64,000 nt of DNA from a virus (lineage: Duplodnaviria; Caudoviricetes), in the IMG/VR virus record IMGVR_UViG_3300037400_003293, positions 1,206-65,205 of that record. One strand, given 5' to 3'. The stretch's first letter is position 1, and each line of letters begins with the position of its first letter. The position numbers were made by a program, and so were the translations under genes. Below, in pieces: positions 24,712-35,033 of the stretch. Under the pieces are notes generated by a model. That model was given only the letters and a program-made list of their open reading frames with translations. It did no database searches and was not told the DNA's origin.

Positions 24712-27700
24712 ATGGTCGATTTTTTGATGGTCTCGGAGCGTTTGACCAAAAAAGGCGGCCTGGAAGTCATTGAAATCTATCCCAAGTTCAAGATCAAGAA
24801 CCCAAGCGAAGATCTGATGATCAAGGGAAAAGACTTCTATGCCGTCTGGAACGAACAAAAGGGGCTCTGGTCAACGAACGAACAGGACGTCATCAAGATC
24901 ATCGACGGGGAACTGGACCATTACGCAGAAGAGAACAAAGCACGCTTCGAACCCCGGCCCGTCCGCATCCTGCATATGTGGGATGCGGAAACCGGCATGA
25001 TCGACCGATGGCATACCTATTGCCAGAAACAGATGCGTGATACTTTCCACATGCTGGACGAGAAACTGATATTCAGCAACACCGAAGTGAGGAAAGAAGA
25101 TTACGCGTCAAAGAAACTGCCCTATCCGCTGGAATCAGGGCCCACGCCAGCCTGGGACAAACTGATCGGAACCCTGTATGGGGACAAAGAAAAGCACAAG
25201 ATTGAATGGTGTCTCGGCAGCGTTGTCTCCGGGGACAGCAAGAAGTTGCAGAAGTTCATGGTACTCTACGGCGAACCTGGATCTGGTAAGTCTACCCTGC
25301 TTGATATTATCGACAAGAAGCTCTTTGTCGGGTATACGGACAGCGTAGACAGTAAGGCCCTTGGTTCCGCCAGCAACGTCTTTGCCCTGGAAAGCTTCAA
25401 GAACAACCCGTTGATTGCCATTCAGCACGAGGGTGACCTCAGCAAGATTGAAGATAATACCCGTCTCAACAGCCTGGTCAGCCACGACAAGATGACGGTG
25501 AACGAGAAGTTTAAAGGCATTTATACAAACGCCTTTAAAAGTTTTCTGATCCTGTCATCCAATAAGCCAGTCAAGATTACCGATGCCAAATCCGGTCTGC
25601 TTCGCCGTCTGATAGACGTCAGCCCCACCGGCAACCTGCTTCCGGAAGACGAGTACAACCGTCTCAACCACCAGATCGACTTTGAACTTGGAGCTATCGC
25701 GGATAAATGTCTGCATGTTTACCAGGCCAAACCGGACTATTACCGGACCTATGTGCCCATCAACATGCTTGGAGCCACCAACGACTTCTACAACTTTGTG
25801 ATGGATATGTGGCCAATCTTCAAAAGGCAGGACAACACCACCCTTCAGAGCGCCTGGGGACTGTATAACGACTACTGTGAGAAAGCCCGTGTCGCCTATC
25901 CCTATTCTCAGCGCGCGTTCAAAGAGGAGCTCAAGAACTACTTTCACGAGTTTCAGGAGCGCGCCATGATTGACGGGGTACGGGTGCGGAGTTACTACAG
26001 CGGTTTTCGTGCGGATAAATTCAGTGACGAAGACGAGGAACCTGAAGAGAAACAGGATCCCGGCATTCCGGAATGGCTGCGAATGACAGATCATCAGAGA
26101 AGCCTCCTGGATGATTATCTGGCTGATATGCCGGCACAGTACCCATTAGAAGACGGACGGATGCCGAGGAAATGGCCTAAGTGCACTACTCATCTGCGAG
26201 ATCTGGACACCAGGAAGCTGCATCATGTGCTCGTGCCTGAACAGCTGATCGTGATCGACTTTGATATTTCAGTGAACGGAGAAAAGAACCTTCAGCGAAA
26301 CCTGGAAGAGGCTGCGAAATGGCCGGCAACGTACGCAGAGCTTAGCAAAAGCGGAAAAGCCATCCACCTGCATTACTTCTATACCGGAGACGTGCATGAG
26401 CTGAGCAGTGTGTATGCCGATCAGATCGAGATAAAGACACTGCTGGGTGGTGCGTCTCTGCGCCGGATGCTGACCAAATGCAACGATGTAGAGATCGCTA
26501 CCATCTCCTCTGGCTTACCGAAAAAGGATGTGAAAGCAACGACAGACATTCAACAGATCAAAAGCGAAAAGGCCCTGAGGACCATGATTAGCCGTTGTAT
26601 GCTGCCCAAGGAAGACCCAAAACGCATCAATCCACAGGGCACGAAATCGGCTGTGGACTTCATTGGTAAGCTGCTGACTGAAGCCTATGAAAGTGGTATG
26701 AGCTATGACGTGTCAGACATGTACAACGTTATCGCCAACTTCGCAGCTAAAAGCACTCATCAGGCTCAGGAAGCTTTAAAACTGGTAACCAAACTGCACT
26801 ACAAGAGTAAAGATGACGAGGCCGATGACGAACCACCGTGGACGCCGAAAGATGACGAGCCGCTGGTGTTCTTTGATATTGAGACATTTCAGAATGTTCT
26901 CTTCATCAACTGGAAGGCCATGGAAGACTACTCACCCAAGGACTTCGAAGGAACGCCTGAGGAACGCTGGCATCAGTACATCGAGCGTCTGAAGGTGGAC
27001 CACAAGCCCGTCATCCGGATGGTGAACCCGAAACCGGCGGAAGTCGAAGAATTTCTAAGGCTGAAGTTTGCCGGCTTCAACTGCAGGCGCTATGATAACC
27101 ACGTCATCTACGGACGGATGATGGGTTACAGCAATATGCAGTGCTACATGCTGAGCAAACGTATCATCAGTGGAGATCGAAACGCCTTCTTTGGGGAAGC
27201 CTATAACCTGAGCTATACCGACGTTTACGACTTTGCCAGTGCCGGAAATAAGATGAGCCTCAAGAAGCTGGAGATCAAGATGGGATTCTTCCATCAGGAG
27301 CTCGGCCTCGAATGGGACAAACCGGTGCCGGAAGAGCTGTGGGAAAAGGTAGCCGCTTACTGTGATAACGACGTTCTGGCCACTGAAGCTGCATTCCGAT
27401 ACTTGGAGCCTGACTGGACGGCTCGGCAGATTCTGGCGGATGTAGCCGGGATGACGGTCAATGATACCACCAACAGCCTGACCGCCCGGATCATCTTTGA
27501 CCGGGTCCGCAAACCGCAGGGAGAGTTCAACTACAGAAACCTGAGCCTCCCGGTCAAAGAGCTGACGGACAAGATCATGGCCTTCCTTAAAGACGCCTGT
27601 CCGGAGATGATGCGGGAACTGCATGGCGAGGAAGAGAGCCTGCTTCCTTACTTCCCCGGATATACCTACAAGAACGGCGTCAGCACCTACATGGGCGAGG

Positions 27701-28989
27701 AAGTTGGTGAAGGCGGCTATGTCTATGCCGAGCACGGATATTACGAAGATGTAGCTCTGCTGGACATTGCCAGTATGCACCCTCATTCCATCATCGCGGA
27801 ATGTCTGTTCGGCCCGCGGTTCACCAAACGGTTCAAAGAGATCGTTGACGGACGTGTGGATATTAAGCATGAAGCCTGGGATGAAGTAGATAAGATTCTG
27901 GGCGGAAAACTGACGCCATACGTCAAGCGGGTCAAGAACGGTGAAATGACCAACAAGGACCTGGCGAACGCTCTGAAAACGGCTATTAACTCTGTATACG
28001 GCCTGACATCCGCCGCCTTTGAGAATGCGTTCAGAGACCCGAGAAACATTGATAATATCGTCGCCAAGCGCGGAGCCCTGTTCATGGTGAACTTGAAGAA
28101 GTGCGTCCAGGAACGGGGCTTCACCGTAGCACACATCAAGACGGACTCCATCAAAATTCCAAATGCAACACCTGAGATCATCCAGTTCGTGCAGGAATAC
28201 GGCAAAGAGTATGGATATACCTTCGAGCATGAGGCAACGTACGAGAAGATGTGTCTGGTCAACAATGCCGTATACATCGCCAAATACGCCACTGCTGAGG
28301 CCTGTGAGCATTTGTATGGTCCAGACCACATGCCCAGTGATAACCGCAAGAAAGGCGGCCAGTGGACGGCCACGGGCAAGCAATTCGCCGTTCCGTACGT
28401 GTACAAGACCCTGTTTACCAAGGAACCGATCGTGTTTGAAGATCTATGCGAAACGTTCCAGGTGACAGGGGCTTTGTATTTGGATATGAACGAGAACCTG
28501 CCGGACGTCAGCAAACAGGAAGCGAAGTTGTTGAGTGTTCTCAAAGAACAGGGATACAGCTACGACGAGTGGTTGGATATTCGCAACGAATGGACGCTGG
28601 CCCTGCAAAGCGGGGATCCGGACGCGTTCAGACGGTTCAACAGCGACGTGATGGGCTTCACCAAGGACCTGATGCGGCTGGACGACGAGATTCAGAAAGG
28701 CCACGACTACAAGTTTGTGGGTCGGGTAGGCCTGTTCACGCCGGTCAAACCAGGATGCGGAGGCGGTGAACTGATGCGGGAGAGCGGAGGCAAGTATGCA
28801 TCCGCTACCGGAGCGAAGGGATATCGATGGGTAGAGAGTGATAGCATCGGCGCTACCCGTGCCATCACCGGTTCCGGAAAGCCGATCCTTGGATTGGATG
28901 ATATCGACCGCACTTACTACAACAAGCTGGTGGACGACGCAAGAGAAGCCATCAGCCAATACTGTGATATTGAAAACTTCATTTCATAA
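24712..28989 (+). CDS. Fused SF3 helicase/primase - 3'-5' exonuclease - family B DNA polymerase
   Basis: Walker A GEPGSGKST; prim-pol-like DFD...SKSGKAIHLHY; exonuclease FFDIETF; PolB DIASMHP, KTAINSVYG and HIKTDSIK. Confidence 0.88.
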   Translation: MVDFLMVSERLTKKGGLEVIEIYPKFKIKNPSEDLMIKGKDFYAVWNEQKGLWSTNEQDVIKIIDGELDHYAEENKARFEPRPVRILHMWDAETGMIDRWHTYCQKQMRDTFHMLDEKLIFSNTEVRKEDYASKKLPYPLESGPTPAWDKLIGTLYGDKEKHKIEWCLGSVVSGDSKKLQKFMVLYGEPGSGKSTLLDIIDKKLFVGYTDSVDSKALGSASNVFALESFKNNPLIAIQHEGDLSKIEDNTRLNSLVSHDKMTVNEKFKGIYTNAFKSFLILSSNKPVKITDAKSGLLRRLIDVSPTGNLLPEDEYNRLNHQIDFELGAIADKCLHVYQAKPDYYRTYVPINMLGATNDFYNFVMDMWPIFKRQDNTTLQSAWGLYNDYCEKARVAYPYSQRAFKEELKNYFHEFQERAMIDGVRVRSYYSGFRADKFSDEDEEPEEKQDPGIPEWLRMTDHQRSLLDDYLADMPAQYPLEDGRMPRKWPKCTTHLRDLDTRKLHHVLVPEQLIVIDFDISVNGEKNLQRNLEEAAKWPATYAELSKSGKAIHLHYFYTGDVHELSSVYADQIEIKTLLGGASLRRMLTKCNDVEIATISSGLPKKDVKATTDIQQIKSEKALRTMISRCMLPKEDPKRINPQGTKSAVDFIGKLLTEAYESGMSYDVSDMYNVIANFAAKSTHQAQEALKLVTKLHYKSKDDEADDEPPWTPKDDEPLVFFDIETFQNVLFINWKAMEDYSPKDFEGTPEERWHQYIERLKVDHKPVIRMVNPKPAEVEEFLRLKFAGFNCRRYDNHVIYGRMMGYSNMQCYMLSKRIISGDRNAFFGEAYNLSYTDVYDFASAGNKMSLKKLEIKMGFFHQELGLEWDKPVPEELWEKVAAYCDNDVLATEAAFRYLEPDWTARQILADVAGMTVNDTTNSLTARIIFDRVRKPQGEFNYRNLSLPVKELTDKIMAFLKDACPEMMRELHGEEESLLPYFPGYTYKNGVSTYMGEEVGEGGYVYAEHGYYEDVALLDIASMHPHSIIAECLFGPRFTKRFKEIVDGRVDIKHEAWDEVDKILGGKLTPYVKRVKNGEMTNKDLANALKTAINSVYGLTSAAFENAFRDPRNIDNIVAKRGALFMVNLKKCVQERGFTVAHIKTDSIKIPNATPEIIQFVQEYGKEYGYTFEHEATYEKMCLVNNAVYIAKYATAEACEHLYGPDHMPSDNRKKGGQWTATGKQFAVPYVYKTLFTKEPIVFEDLCETFQVTGALYLDMNENLPDVSKQEAKLLSVLKEQGYSYDEWLDIRNEWTLALQSGDPDAFRRFNSDVMGFTKDLMRLDDEIQKGHDYKFVGRVGLFTPVKPGCGGGELMRESGGKYASATGAKGYRWVESDSIGATRAITGSGKPILGLDDIDRTYYNKLVDDAREAISQYCDIENFIS

Positions 28990-29001
28990 AGGAGAAAAAC
29001 T

Positions 29002-29532
29002 ATGACTAACATGAATCGTATTGCTCTGGATAACACCCGTTTCATCTTCATGACCAACTTCTCCGGCGATCCTGCCCGTGATAAATGGGGTGACGACCGT
29101 CGTAAAGCCAACATCATTATTCCTTCTGAGGATCAGGCCAAGGATATGACCAAGGCCGGCATCAACGTTCGCGTTACCAAGCCCAGGGAGAATGACGATC
29201 CCGCGACATTCAAGCCCGAATATTTTGTGCAGATCCAGACCAAGTACCGTAAGCGCAACCGGGAGGAAGTCAAGTATCCTCCGAATGTCTACCTGGTTAC
29301 TGGGGATAATGATCCGGTGCTGCTTACGGAAGAAACGATCGGCTGCCTGGATAAAATCCGGGTCAAGAATGTCAACTGCATCGTGAATCCGCGAGAGAAC
29401 GATGACGGGAACGGCATCAGTCTGTATGTGCGTACTATGTATGTCGAACAGGATATGGATGACGATCCGTATGCCGCCCTGTATCGCCGGAAACAGGCAA
29501 AGTCCGATGTCATGGATGATGATACCTGGTAA
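29002..29532 (+). CDS. Single-stranded DNA-binding protein (likely)
   Basis: Follows the polymerase; TNFSGDP...RRKANIII; acidic C-terminal tail DVMDDDTW. Confidence 0.65.
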   Translation: MTNMNRIALDNTRFIFMTNFSGDPARDKWGDDRRKANIIIPSEDQAKDMTKAGINVRVTKPRENDDPATFKPEYFVQIQTKYRKRNREEVKYPPNVYLVTGDNDPVLLTEETIGCLDKIRVKNVNCIVNPRENDDGNGISLYVRTMYVEQDMDDDPYAALYRRKQAKSDVMDDDTW

Positions 29533-29574
29533 TACGAAGTTTACATCTGCTCCTATGAAAGGAGCGTGTAGCTT

Positions 29575-29889
29575 ATGAACATCGGTGATTTTGCAGAAAA
29601 GTATTCGGTGACAAAAAGAGAGGTTGCCTATTGGACCGACCTTGGATTGGTTCATCCGAAGATCAACGAGAAGAACGGCTATCAGGACTACGACGCTGAA
29701 AATGAGAAAGAGATTAAGTATGTCATTATTATGAAGGCAGCTGGGATGAAACTGGATCTAGCTCATCTCGGGTTTCTTAAAATGATTCCGGACGATATGT
29801 ATGAACAAATCGTTGTGGAACCTATTCTTGAGGAACGCCGTAGAATGAGTAAGTTCTATGATGACGCCCTCAGCTATGCCAGAGAATAA
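29575..29889 (+). CDS. MerR-family HTH regulator
   Basis: MNIGDFAEKYSVTKREVAYWTDLGLVHP...NGYQDY; own motif (29533) and terminator. Confidence 0.75.
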   Translation: MNIGDFAEKYSVTKREVAYWTDLGLVHPKINEKNGYQDYDAENEKEIKYVIIMKAAGMKLDLAHLGFLKMIPDDMYEQIVVEPILEERRRMSKFYDDALSYARE

Positions 29890-29955
29890 GAGGCACTTAG
29901 CCTCTTTCTCTTTTCCTCGCGAAGTTTACATACTCTGTTACGGGGGTGATTTGCT

Positions 29956-30216
29956 ATGACGAATCAGCGTAAGAAAGTAATTCCTAACTGGCGTGAACGA
30001 CTTGCTTTGTGGGTGATGAGGCACGGAATAGTTGGCAGCAATGGAGACTATACAATCTGCTGGTATAACAAAATACTTGCTAAGATTGCGAGCAAACTCG
30101 TTAAGCAGAACTATTTTGAATGGCTGGAGTATCAGCTCAAAGTGACTGGTTTATGGTTCACGATCGATGAGGAAAACCAGCTTCTGATGGCTGAAACAGC
30201 AAAACAATTGTCTTAA
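29956..30216 (+). CDS. Hypothetical protein
   Basis: Cassette with a motif variant at 29918 and a downstream hairpin. Confidence 0.6.
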   Translation: MTNQRKKVIPNWRERLALWVMRHGIVGSNGDYTICWYNKILAKIASKLVKQNYFEWLEYQLKVTGLWFTIDEENQLLMAETAKQLS

Positions 30217-30289
30217 ACGGACGGAGACTCTGTGATAAACATTGCAGGGTCTCCTGTCTTTTCACGAAATTAGAAAGGAGCTTAGACAA

Positions 30290-31072
30290 ATGAATAACAA
30301 ATTTTTACGGTCTGATTATGAAGAAGTTCGTCCTCTGCTCGATGATGAAAACACTCTGAATGGATCGGGATTCTTAAAAGGCGGGCTTGGCAAAAGACAT
30401 CTGGAAGAGTTTCGTATGTGGCTGGATGGAGCAACCTACCAGAACATCGCTGACACATTCAAAATCAGCCGGGAAATGGCACGCCAGGATGTACGGAAGG
30501 CTGCCCGCATTCTGATGAGTATGCATTTGGATAGCTATGATAAAAAAGAGCTTTCCAATATGGACCGATTTTTTGTTTATATCGGAAAGGTTGCACACGA
30601 AAAAGCATTAGATAGCCGTTACATTCGCGCTGCTAATTGCTTTATCCGTTCTCAGAAAGACTTGGATCACACCGATTTTCTGAAGGCATTAAGAGAAACA
30701 GATATTGAAGACATCCTGATGCTGAAAGGTATCAGAGCAATAGACGCCGCAATCCTTGTCGCCGCGCACAATCGTCTGATTGACGAGTATGTGGAGCCCC
30801 TTCCGGAGTATGAAAAATATCCGGTAAACCATCGTCCGGAGTTGAGGGCATTCCTTCAAAGCGTCGCGGATAAATATGGATATACCATGAACCACATCAC
30901 TCGCGCTGAGAATTGTTTTGTCCGCAACACGAAGGGCTTTGCCCCGGATTATCTGCAAGAATTAAAGGATGCCGACCCGGATACATTCATTACTTGGCGA
31001 AATGCTGGAGCTAAAACAATTGAGTTTCTGCGTCGGGCACATGACGAACTTAATCGGAAGGAGCATAACTAA
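30290..31072 (+). CDS. Sigma4-like HTH + two alpha-CTD-like modules
   Basis: GATYQNIADTFKISREMARQDVRKA; IRAANCFIR...DILMLKGI; TRAENCFVR...WRNAGAKTIEFL. Confidence 0.6.
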   Translation: MNNKFLRSDYEEVRPLLDDENTLNGSGFLKGGLGKRHLEEFRMWLDGATYQNIADTFKISREMARQDVRKAARILMSMHLDSYDKKELSNMDRFFVYIGKVAHEKALDSRYIRAANCFIRSQKDLDHTDFLKALRETDIEDILMLKGIRAIDAAILVAAHNRLIDEYVEPLPEYEKYPVNHRPELRAFLQSVADKYGYTMNHITRAENCFVRNTKGFAPDYLQELKDADPDTFITWRNAGAKTIEFLRRAHDELNRKEHN

Positions 31073-31416
31073 TGGCTGACATGAAATTTATTGGCGGGAC
31101 TTTAATCGTGGACGGTAAGATTGTTATGCGCCAATTAGAACTGATGGTTTTGAAGGAAAAGAGCTTTATTTGGGGTGACGTCCTTGACTCAGATACGCTC
31201 GAAAAAGAACTGTTTAAAAATGGTCCTGTAGATGCTAAGACGGCTCTTGATATTATTGATCGTGTGGAATTAAAGATGAAGCGCGAGCTGGCGACGATGG
31301 ATGCCTACCGTAAATTATTCAAAGAATGGGGAGAGCTTACGGTCGAACAACTTCAGCAAATTGAAGATGATCCGGAATCAGAATACAACAAACTTAGGAG
31401 GAAATATCATGACTAA
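31072..31416 (+). CDS. Hypothetical protein
   Basis: 114 aa; RBS AAGGAG. Confidence 0.6.
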   Translation: MADMKFIGGTLIVDGKIVMRQLELMVLKEKSFIWGDVLDSDTLEKELFKNGPVDAKTALDIIDRVELKMKRELATMDAYRKLFKEWGELTVEQLQQIEDDPESEYNKLRRKYHD

Positions 31417-31651
31417 AACATTCTGTGACCGCTGCGGAAAAGAGATTGAAAGGAAGAGCGGTTTTGGTGGACTGTACGCCTGGATCACTCACCGTACCTA
31501 TTTTGCCAAGCTGAGGATGATCCGATCTTCTATTCCGGATGATGTTGAATGGGAAGAAGACGAACGATATATCTGCCCGGAGTGTGAAACAAGTTACATT
31601 CATTGGTTCATGAACCCGGAAAAGGACGGTGATCCGAATGATAAATCTTGA
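31409..31651 (+). CDS. Zn-finger-like small protein
   Basis: MTKTFCDRCGKEI...ICPEC; RBS AGGAGG. Confidence 0.65.
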   Translation: MTKTFCDRCGKEIERKSGFGGLYAWITHRTYFAKLRMIRSSIPDDVEWEEDERYICPECETSYIHWFMNPEKDGDPNDKS

Positions 31652-31922
31652 AACAGAGCCCATCTTCAGCATTCACATTAGTTTCGCGGATGGGTCCAAT
31701 CCGGTGGTTTACTATAATCTCAATCTCGAGCAGGCTTGTCGGGTGCTGATTGAGTGGAGCGAGGAGTGGATCTTGTCTCCAGCCGGCAATGTAAAGCTTG
31801 ATGACAGCATCTGGTATTGGCACGCCAGAGCGAGGAACCATGATATTCAGGAGGCGATACACGATGACAGTCGAGAATATGAGGTCGCAACTGATTCAGC
31901 GTTATTCGAAGACGATCCGTAA
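31629..31922 (+). CDS. Hypothetical protein
   Basis: 97-aa ORF within an operon; start uncertain. Confidence 0.5.
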   Translation: MIRMINLETEPIFSIHISFADGSNPVVYYNLNLEQACRVLIEWSEEWILSPAGNVKLDDSIWYWHARARNHDIQEAIHDDSREYEVATDSALFEDDP

Positions 31923-32061
31923 TCAGAGGGTTGATCTGATGCCGGACGAACAGGTAATCGCCATTTACCACAGCCTGATCGAGCGGAAAGACCCCAAGAT
32001 CGGCAAGCCAAAGACGCCTGCACGTTCTGAAGTCCGGTGCGAACAGCTTAGCTTCCTATGA
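31864..32061 (+). CDS. Small conserved hypothetical protein
   Basis: RBS AGGAGG; MTVENMR...MPDEQVIAIY. Confidence 0.55.
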   Translation: MTVENMRSQLIQRYSKTIRNQRVDLMPDEQVIAIYHSLIERKDPKIGKPKTPARSEVRCEQLSFL

Positions 32062-33311
32062 TAAAGTTGAGAAAATACCAGCTCGACGCCATCGAAAAGA
32101 TGCACAATGGCTGCGTGCTTTGCGGTGGCGTCGGCAGTGGAAAAAGCCTGACCTCTATTGCTTATTACTACCTGCTGAACGGCGGATGCATGGATAGTCT
32201 GACCGGCGGCGACTTTGTCCCTATGACGAAGCAGCAGGATCTGTATGTCATCACCACCGCCAGAAAGCGGGACACATATGAATGGGAGCTGGAAATGGCT
32301 CCCTTTCTTTTGTCTCCGGATCGCGGTCATGTGGTCGTGGATAGTTGGAATAATGTGCACAAATATGTCTCGGTCAAAAACGCTTTCTTCATCTTCGATG
32401 AGCAGCGGGTTGTCGGCAAGGGTCTGTGGGTAAAAAGCTTTCTGAAGATCGTGAAAAGCAACCAATGGATATTGCTGAGCGCTACCCCTGGAGACAAATG
32501 GGGTGATTATGTCCCATTGTTCCTGGCGAACGGCTTTTACAAGACGAGGAAGGAGTTCAGCGAGCAGCACGAGATCTATTCCAGGTTTACGGACTTCCCA
32601 AAAGTGGAGCGTTATGTCAACACACGGAAGCTCGAATACCTGCGGGATAGGATCCTGGTGGATATGGACTTTGCCCGGCCAACGACGTCCCACCACATTG
32701 ATATTCCTGTGGCATTTGACGGAGCGCAGTACAAGCAAATTTACCGCAGTCGGTTTGACCCATGGGAAAACAAGCCGATCGAGAACGCCGCCGGGCTCTG
32801 CTACTGCCTGAGAAAAGTTGTGAACTCTGACCCAAGCAGGGCTGTTGCATTGATAGAGCTGGCGGAAACCCATCCTAAGATGATCGTGTTCTACAACTTT
32901 GACTATGAGCTGGACATCCTTCGCCAAACCGCTTACCCGGAAAGAACAGTGGTGGCTGAATGGAACGGCCATAAACACGAGCCCATTCCCGTGGAGAGCG
33001 AACGGTGGATTTACCTGGTACAGTACGCAGCGGGAGCAGAGGGATGGAACTGCATTGAGACGGACACAATGGTCTTTTATAGCCAGAACTACAGTTACAA
33101 GACCATGAAGCAGGCGATGGGCAGAACAGACAGGATGAACACGCCATACATCAACCTGTATTACTACCACTTCAAAAGCGCAGCAGCCATTGATATAGCC
33201 ATTGGCCGGGCGCTGAAGAACAAAAAAGAGTTCAATGAAAGGAGATTTGTACGTTGGGATACTACGAAAGCGAGTACGTCCGGAACCAAGAAAAAATCAT
33301 TCGGAAGTTAG
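32058..33311 (+). CDS. SF2 (SNF2-like) helicase
   Basis: LRKYQ, GGVGSGKS, IFDEQ, LSATPG, QYAAGAEGWN and QAMGRTDR. Confidence 0.9.
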   Translation: MIKLRKYQLDAIEKMHNGCVLCGGVGSGKSLTSIAYYYLLNGGCMDSLTGGDFVPMTKQQDLYVITTARKRDTYEWELEMAPFLLSPDRGHVVVDSWNNVHKYVSVKNAFFIFDEQRVVGKGLWVKSFLKIVKSNQWILLSATPGDKWGDYVPLFLANGFYKTRKEFSEQHEIYSRFTDFPKVERYVNTRKLEYLRDRILVDMDFARPTTSHHIDIPVAFDGAQYKQIYRSRFDPWENKPIENAAGLCYCLRKVVNSDPSRAVALIELAETHPKMIVFYNFDYELDILRQTAYPERTVVAEWNGHKHEPIPVESERWIYLVQYAAGAEGWNCIETDTMVFYSQNYSYKTMKQAMGRTDRMNTPYINLYYYHFKSAAAIDIAIGRALKNKKEFNERRFVRWDTTKASTSGTKKKSFGS

Positions 33312-33439
33312 ACGGCATTGAACGGGCGCTCAATCAGATCAACAAAACACTGCAGCGGGGATTATCTCCCAAACCGATTACTTTAGCGGACTTTATTACA
33401 ACAACTGATGGCGCAGAGGAGGAAACAGAAAATGACTGA
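33254..33439 (+). CDS. Small coiled-coil protein
   Basis: 61-aa ORF overlapping the helicase 3' end. Confidence 0.45.
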   Translation: MGYYESEYVRNQEKIIRKLDGIERALNQINKTLQRGLSPKPITLADFITTTDGAEEETEND

Positions 33440-33923
33440 AAATATGACAAAGGCTCTTGCTTGGGTTGGATTTGGTGTTGGGGTTATGGGGATTGCAGCT
33501 GCCGCGTACAGCATGGATCAGGCGAATGCCTGCAAACGGATGATCTCGGATAGTCAGAAGCGCATCAGCGAACTGACGCACGTGGATGTGGACCAGTACA
33601 TCGTCAACGAAGCGGTGAGGAAGGCAGTCCGTGAACAGGCGTCGGAAGCGGTCGGCCACGCTCGCAGACAGATTGAAAAGGACATGAGCGCTGATCTGCG
33701 TAATCGCATTAAGCAGGCCGTGAGTAACAAGACTGATGAAATCAATAAGCAGGTCGCGGATCAGCTGGCCAAGGAAATGGCTGCGGTGGATAAGGACGAG
33801 ATCATCAGCCAGGTGATGGATGCTACCACGGACAAGCTCATTGATAAATTGGGCGATGATCTGGATCGCGAAGTCGGGAAGATGGGCAAGATCTATAAGG
33901 GTATCGCCGCGGTGCTTCAGTGA
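33432..33923 (+). CDS. TM-anchored coiled-coil protein
   Basis: RBS GAGGAGG; ALAWVGFGVGVMGIAAAAY. Confidence 0.7.
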   Translation: MTENMTKALAWVGFGVGVMGIAAAAYSMDQANACKRMISDSQKRISELTHVDVDQYIVNEAVRKAVREQASEAVGHARRQIEKDMSADLRNRIKQAVSNKTDEINKQVADQLAKEMAAVDKDEIISQVMDATTDKLIDKLGDDLDREVGKMGKIYKGIAAVLQ

Positions 33924-33932
33924 GGTGTTTAT

Positions 33933-34145
33933 ATGCTGTTTAAAAGATTCCGTAAAAAGCATGGGCTGTATGATCTCCGAAAAGAAGTTGCCATTTGGGT
34001 TGAAAAGAATATCGGCGCCGAATATGTCGATGGAGCACTTGATAAATACGACAAGATAAACAGCGGCGTGCCAATTGGAGGATTCCAAGAAACGGCAGTA
34101 TTTATCGATATGATTGAACGAATCAAAAAACAAGTGTTGACATAA
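33933..34145 (+). CDS. Hypothetical protein
   Basis: RBS GAGGTG; 70 aa. Confidence 0.6.
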   Translation: MLFKRFRKKHGLYDLRKEVAIWVEKNIGAEYVDGALDKYDKINSGVPIGGFQETAVFIDMIERIKKQVLT

Positions 34146-34154
34146 ATAGGAGTT

Positions 34155-34376
34155 TTGATCATGACTTGTGATAAAAATTGCTCACAGTGTTTTTATGGGT
34201 ATAGACAAGTCGAAAAATACAAGTGTGGCAATAAAAATGTGACATGTGATGGCGAATGCTATAAGTGCCCATTTCGCAAAGAGGAATCCGTAAAATATAT
34301 TTGCAATGTAACACGAAAGGAGTTCAACAATGAAAATTACACAGGCAGGCTGGGAGATCCTGACACCGATCAGTAA
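34155..34376 (+). CDS. Cys-rich small protein
   Basis: CDKNCSQC...CDGECYKCP...C. Confidence 0.55.
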   Translation: MIMTCDKNCSQCFYGYRQVEKYKCGNKNVTCDGECYKCPFRKEESVKYICNVTRKEFNNENYTGRLGDPDTDQ

Positions 34377-34995
34377 GGACGGGCAGGAAGAGCTCAAAGC
34401 CATCGAACAGGCCGCAAGAACCTGTTATAAGAGCGAGGCCAATCCGGATGACGAGCTGGCTGCGGCCAAACTGGTTCTGAGACTGATATCCAACGGTCAC
34501 GAGGCTATGCTGGAGCATCAGTCCTTGTCCGTCCGTTTCATCTGTGACCGGGCTGTCAGCCATGAATTGGTCCGGCACCGGATGGCGTCGTTCGCGCAAG
34601 AAAGTCAGCGCTATTGCAATTACTCTAAAGATAAATTTGGCAATGAGGTCACCTTTGTTCAGCCGTGGTGGATGGATGAAGAAGACGACGTTGGCTACCA
34701 TGATTGGATCCTTGCGTGCGAAGCGGCCGAGAATGCCTATTTCAAACTCCTGGGCTATGGATATCCTCCGCAGAAGGCCAGGATCGTACTCCCGAACTGT
34801 ACGAAAACGGAGATCGTCGTCACGGCCAACTACCGTGAATGGCGGCATATTTTCCGGCTACGGACAGCAAAGGATGCACATCCGGATATGCAGTGGCTGA
34901 TGAACTCTCTGCTTTATGAAGTACAGAAGAAAATTCCTGTGATCTTCGATGATATTTCTGTCAGAAAGATGAGCCAGATCCGCGAAAACGCCTGA
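34330..34995 (+). CDS. thyX: FAD-dependent thymidylate synthase
   Basis: ThyX motif RHRMASFAQESQRY; GHEAMLEH; ARIVLP; ANYREWRH. Confidence 0.95.
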   Translation: MKITQAGWEILTPISKDGQEELKAIEQAARTCYKSEANPDDELAAAKLVLRLISNGHEAMLEHQSLSVRFICDRAVSHELVRHRMASFAQESQRYCNYSKDKFGNEVTFVQPWWMDEEDDVGYHDWILACEAAENAYFKLLGYGYPPQKARIVLPNCTKTEIVVTANYREWRHIFRLRTAKDAHPDMQWLMNSLLYEVQKKIPVIFDDISVRKMSQIRENA

Positions 34996-35033
34996 TGTAA
35001 CACGGTTTTTACAACCAGTGTTATGAAAGGAAG

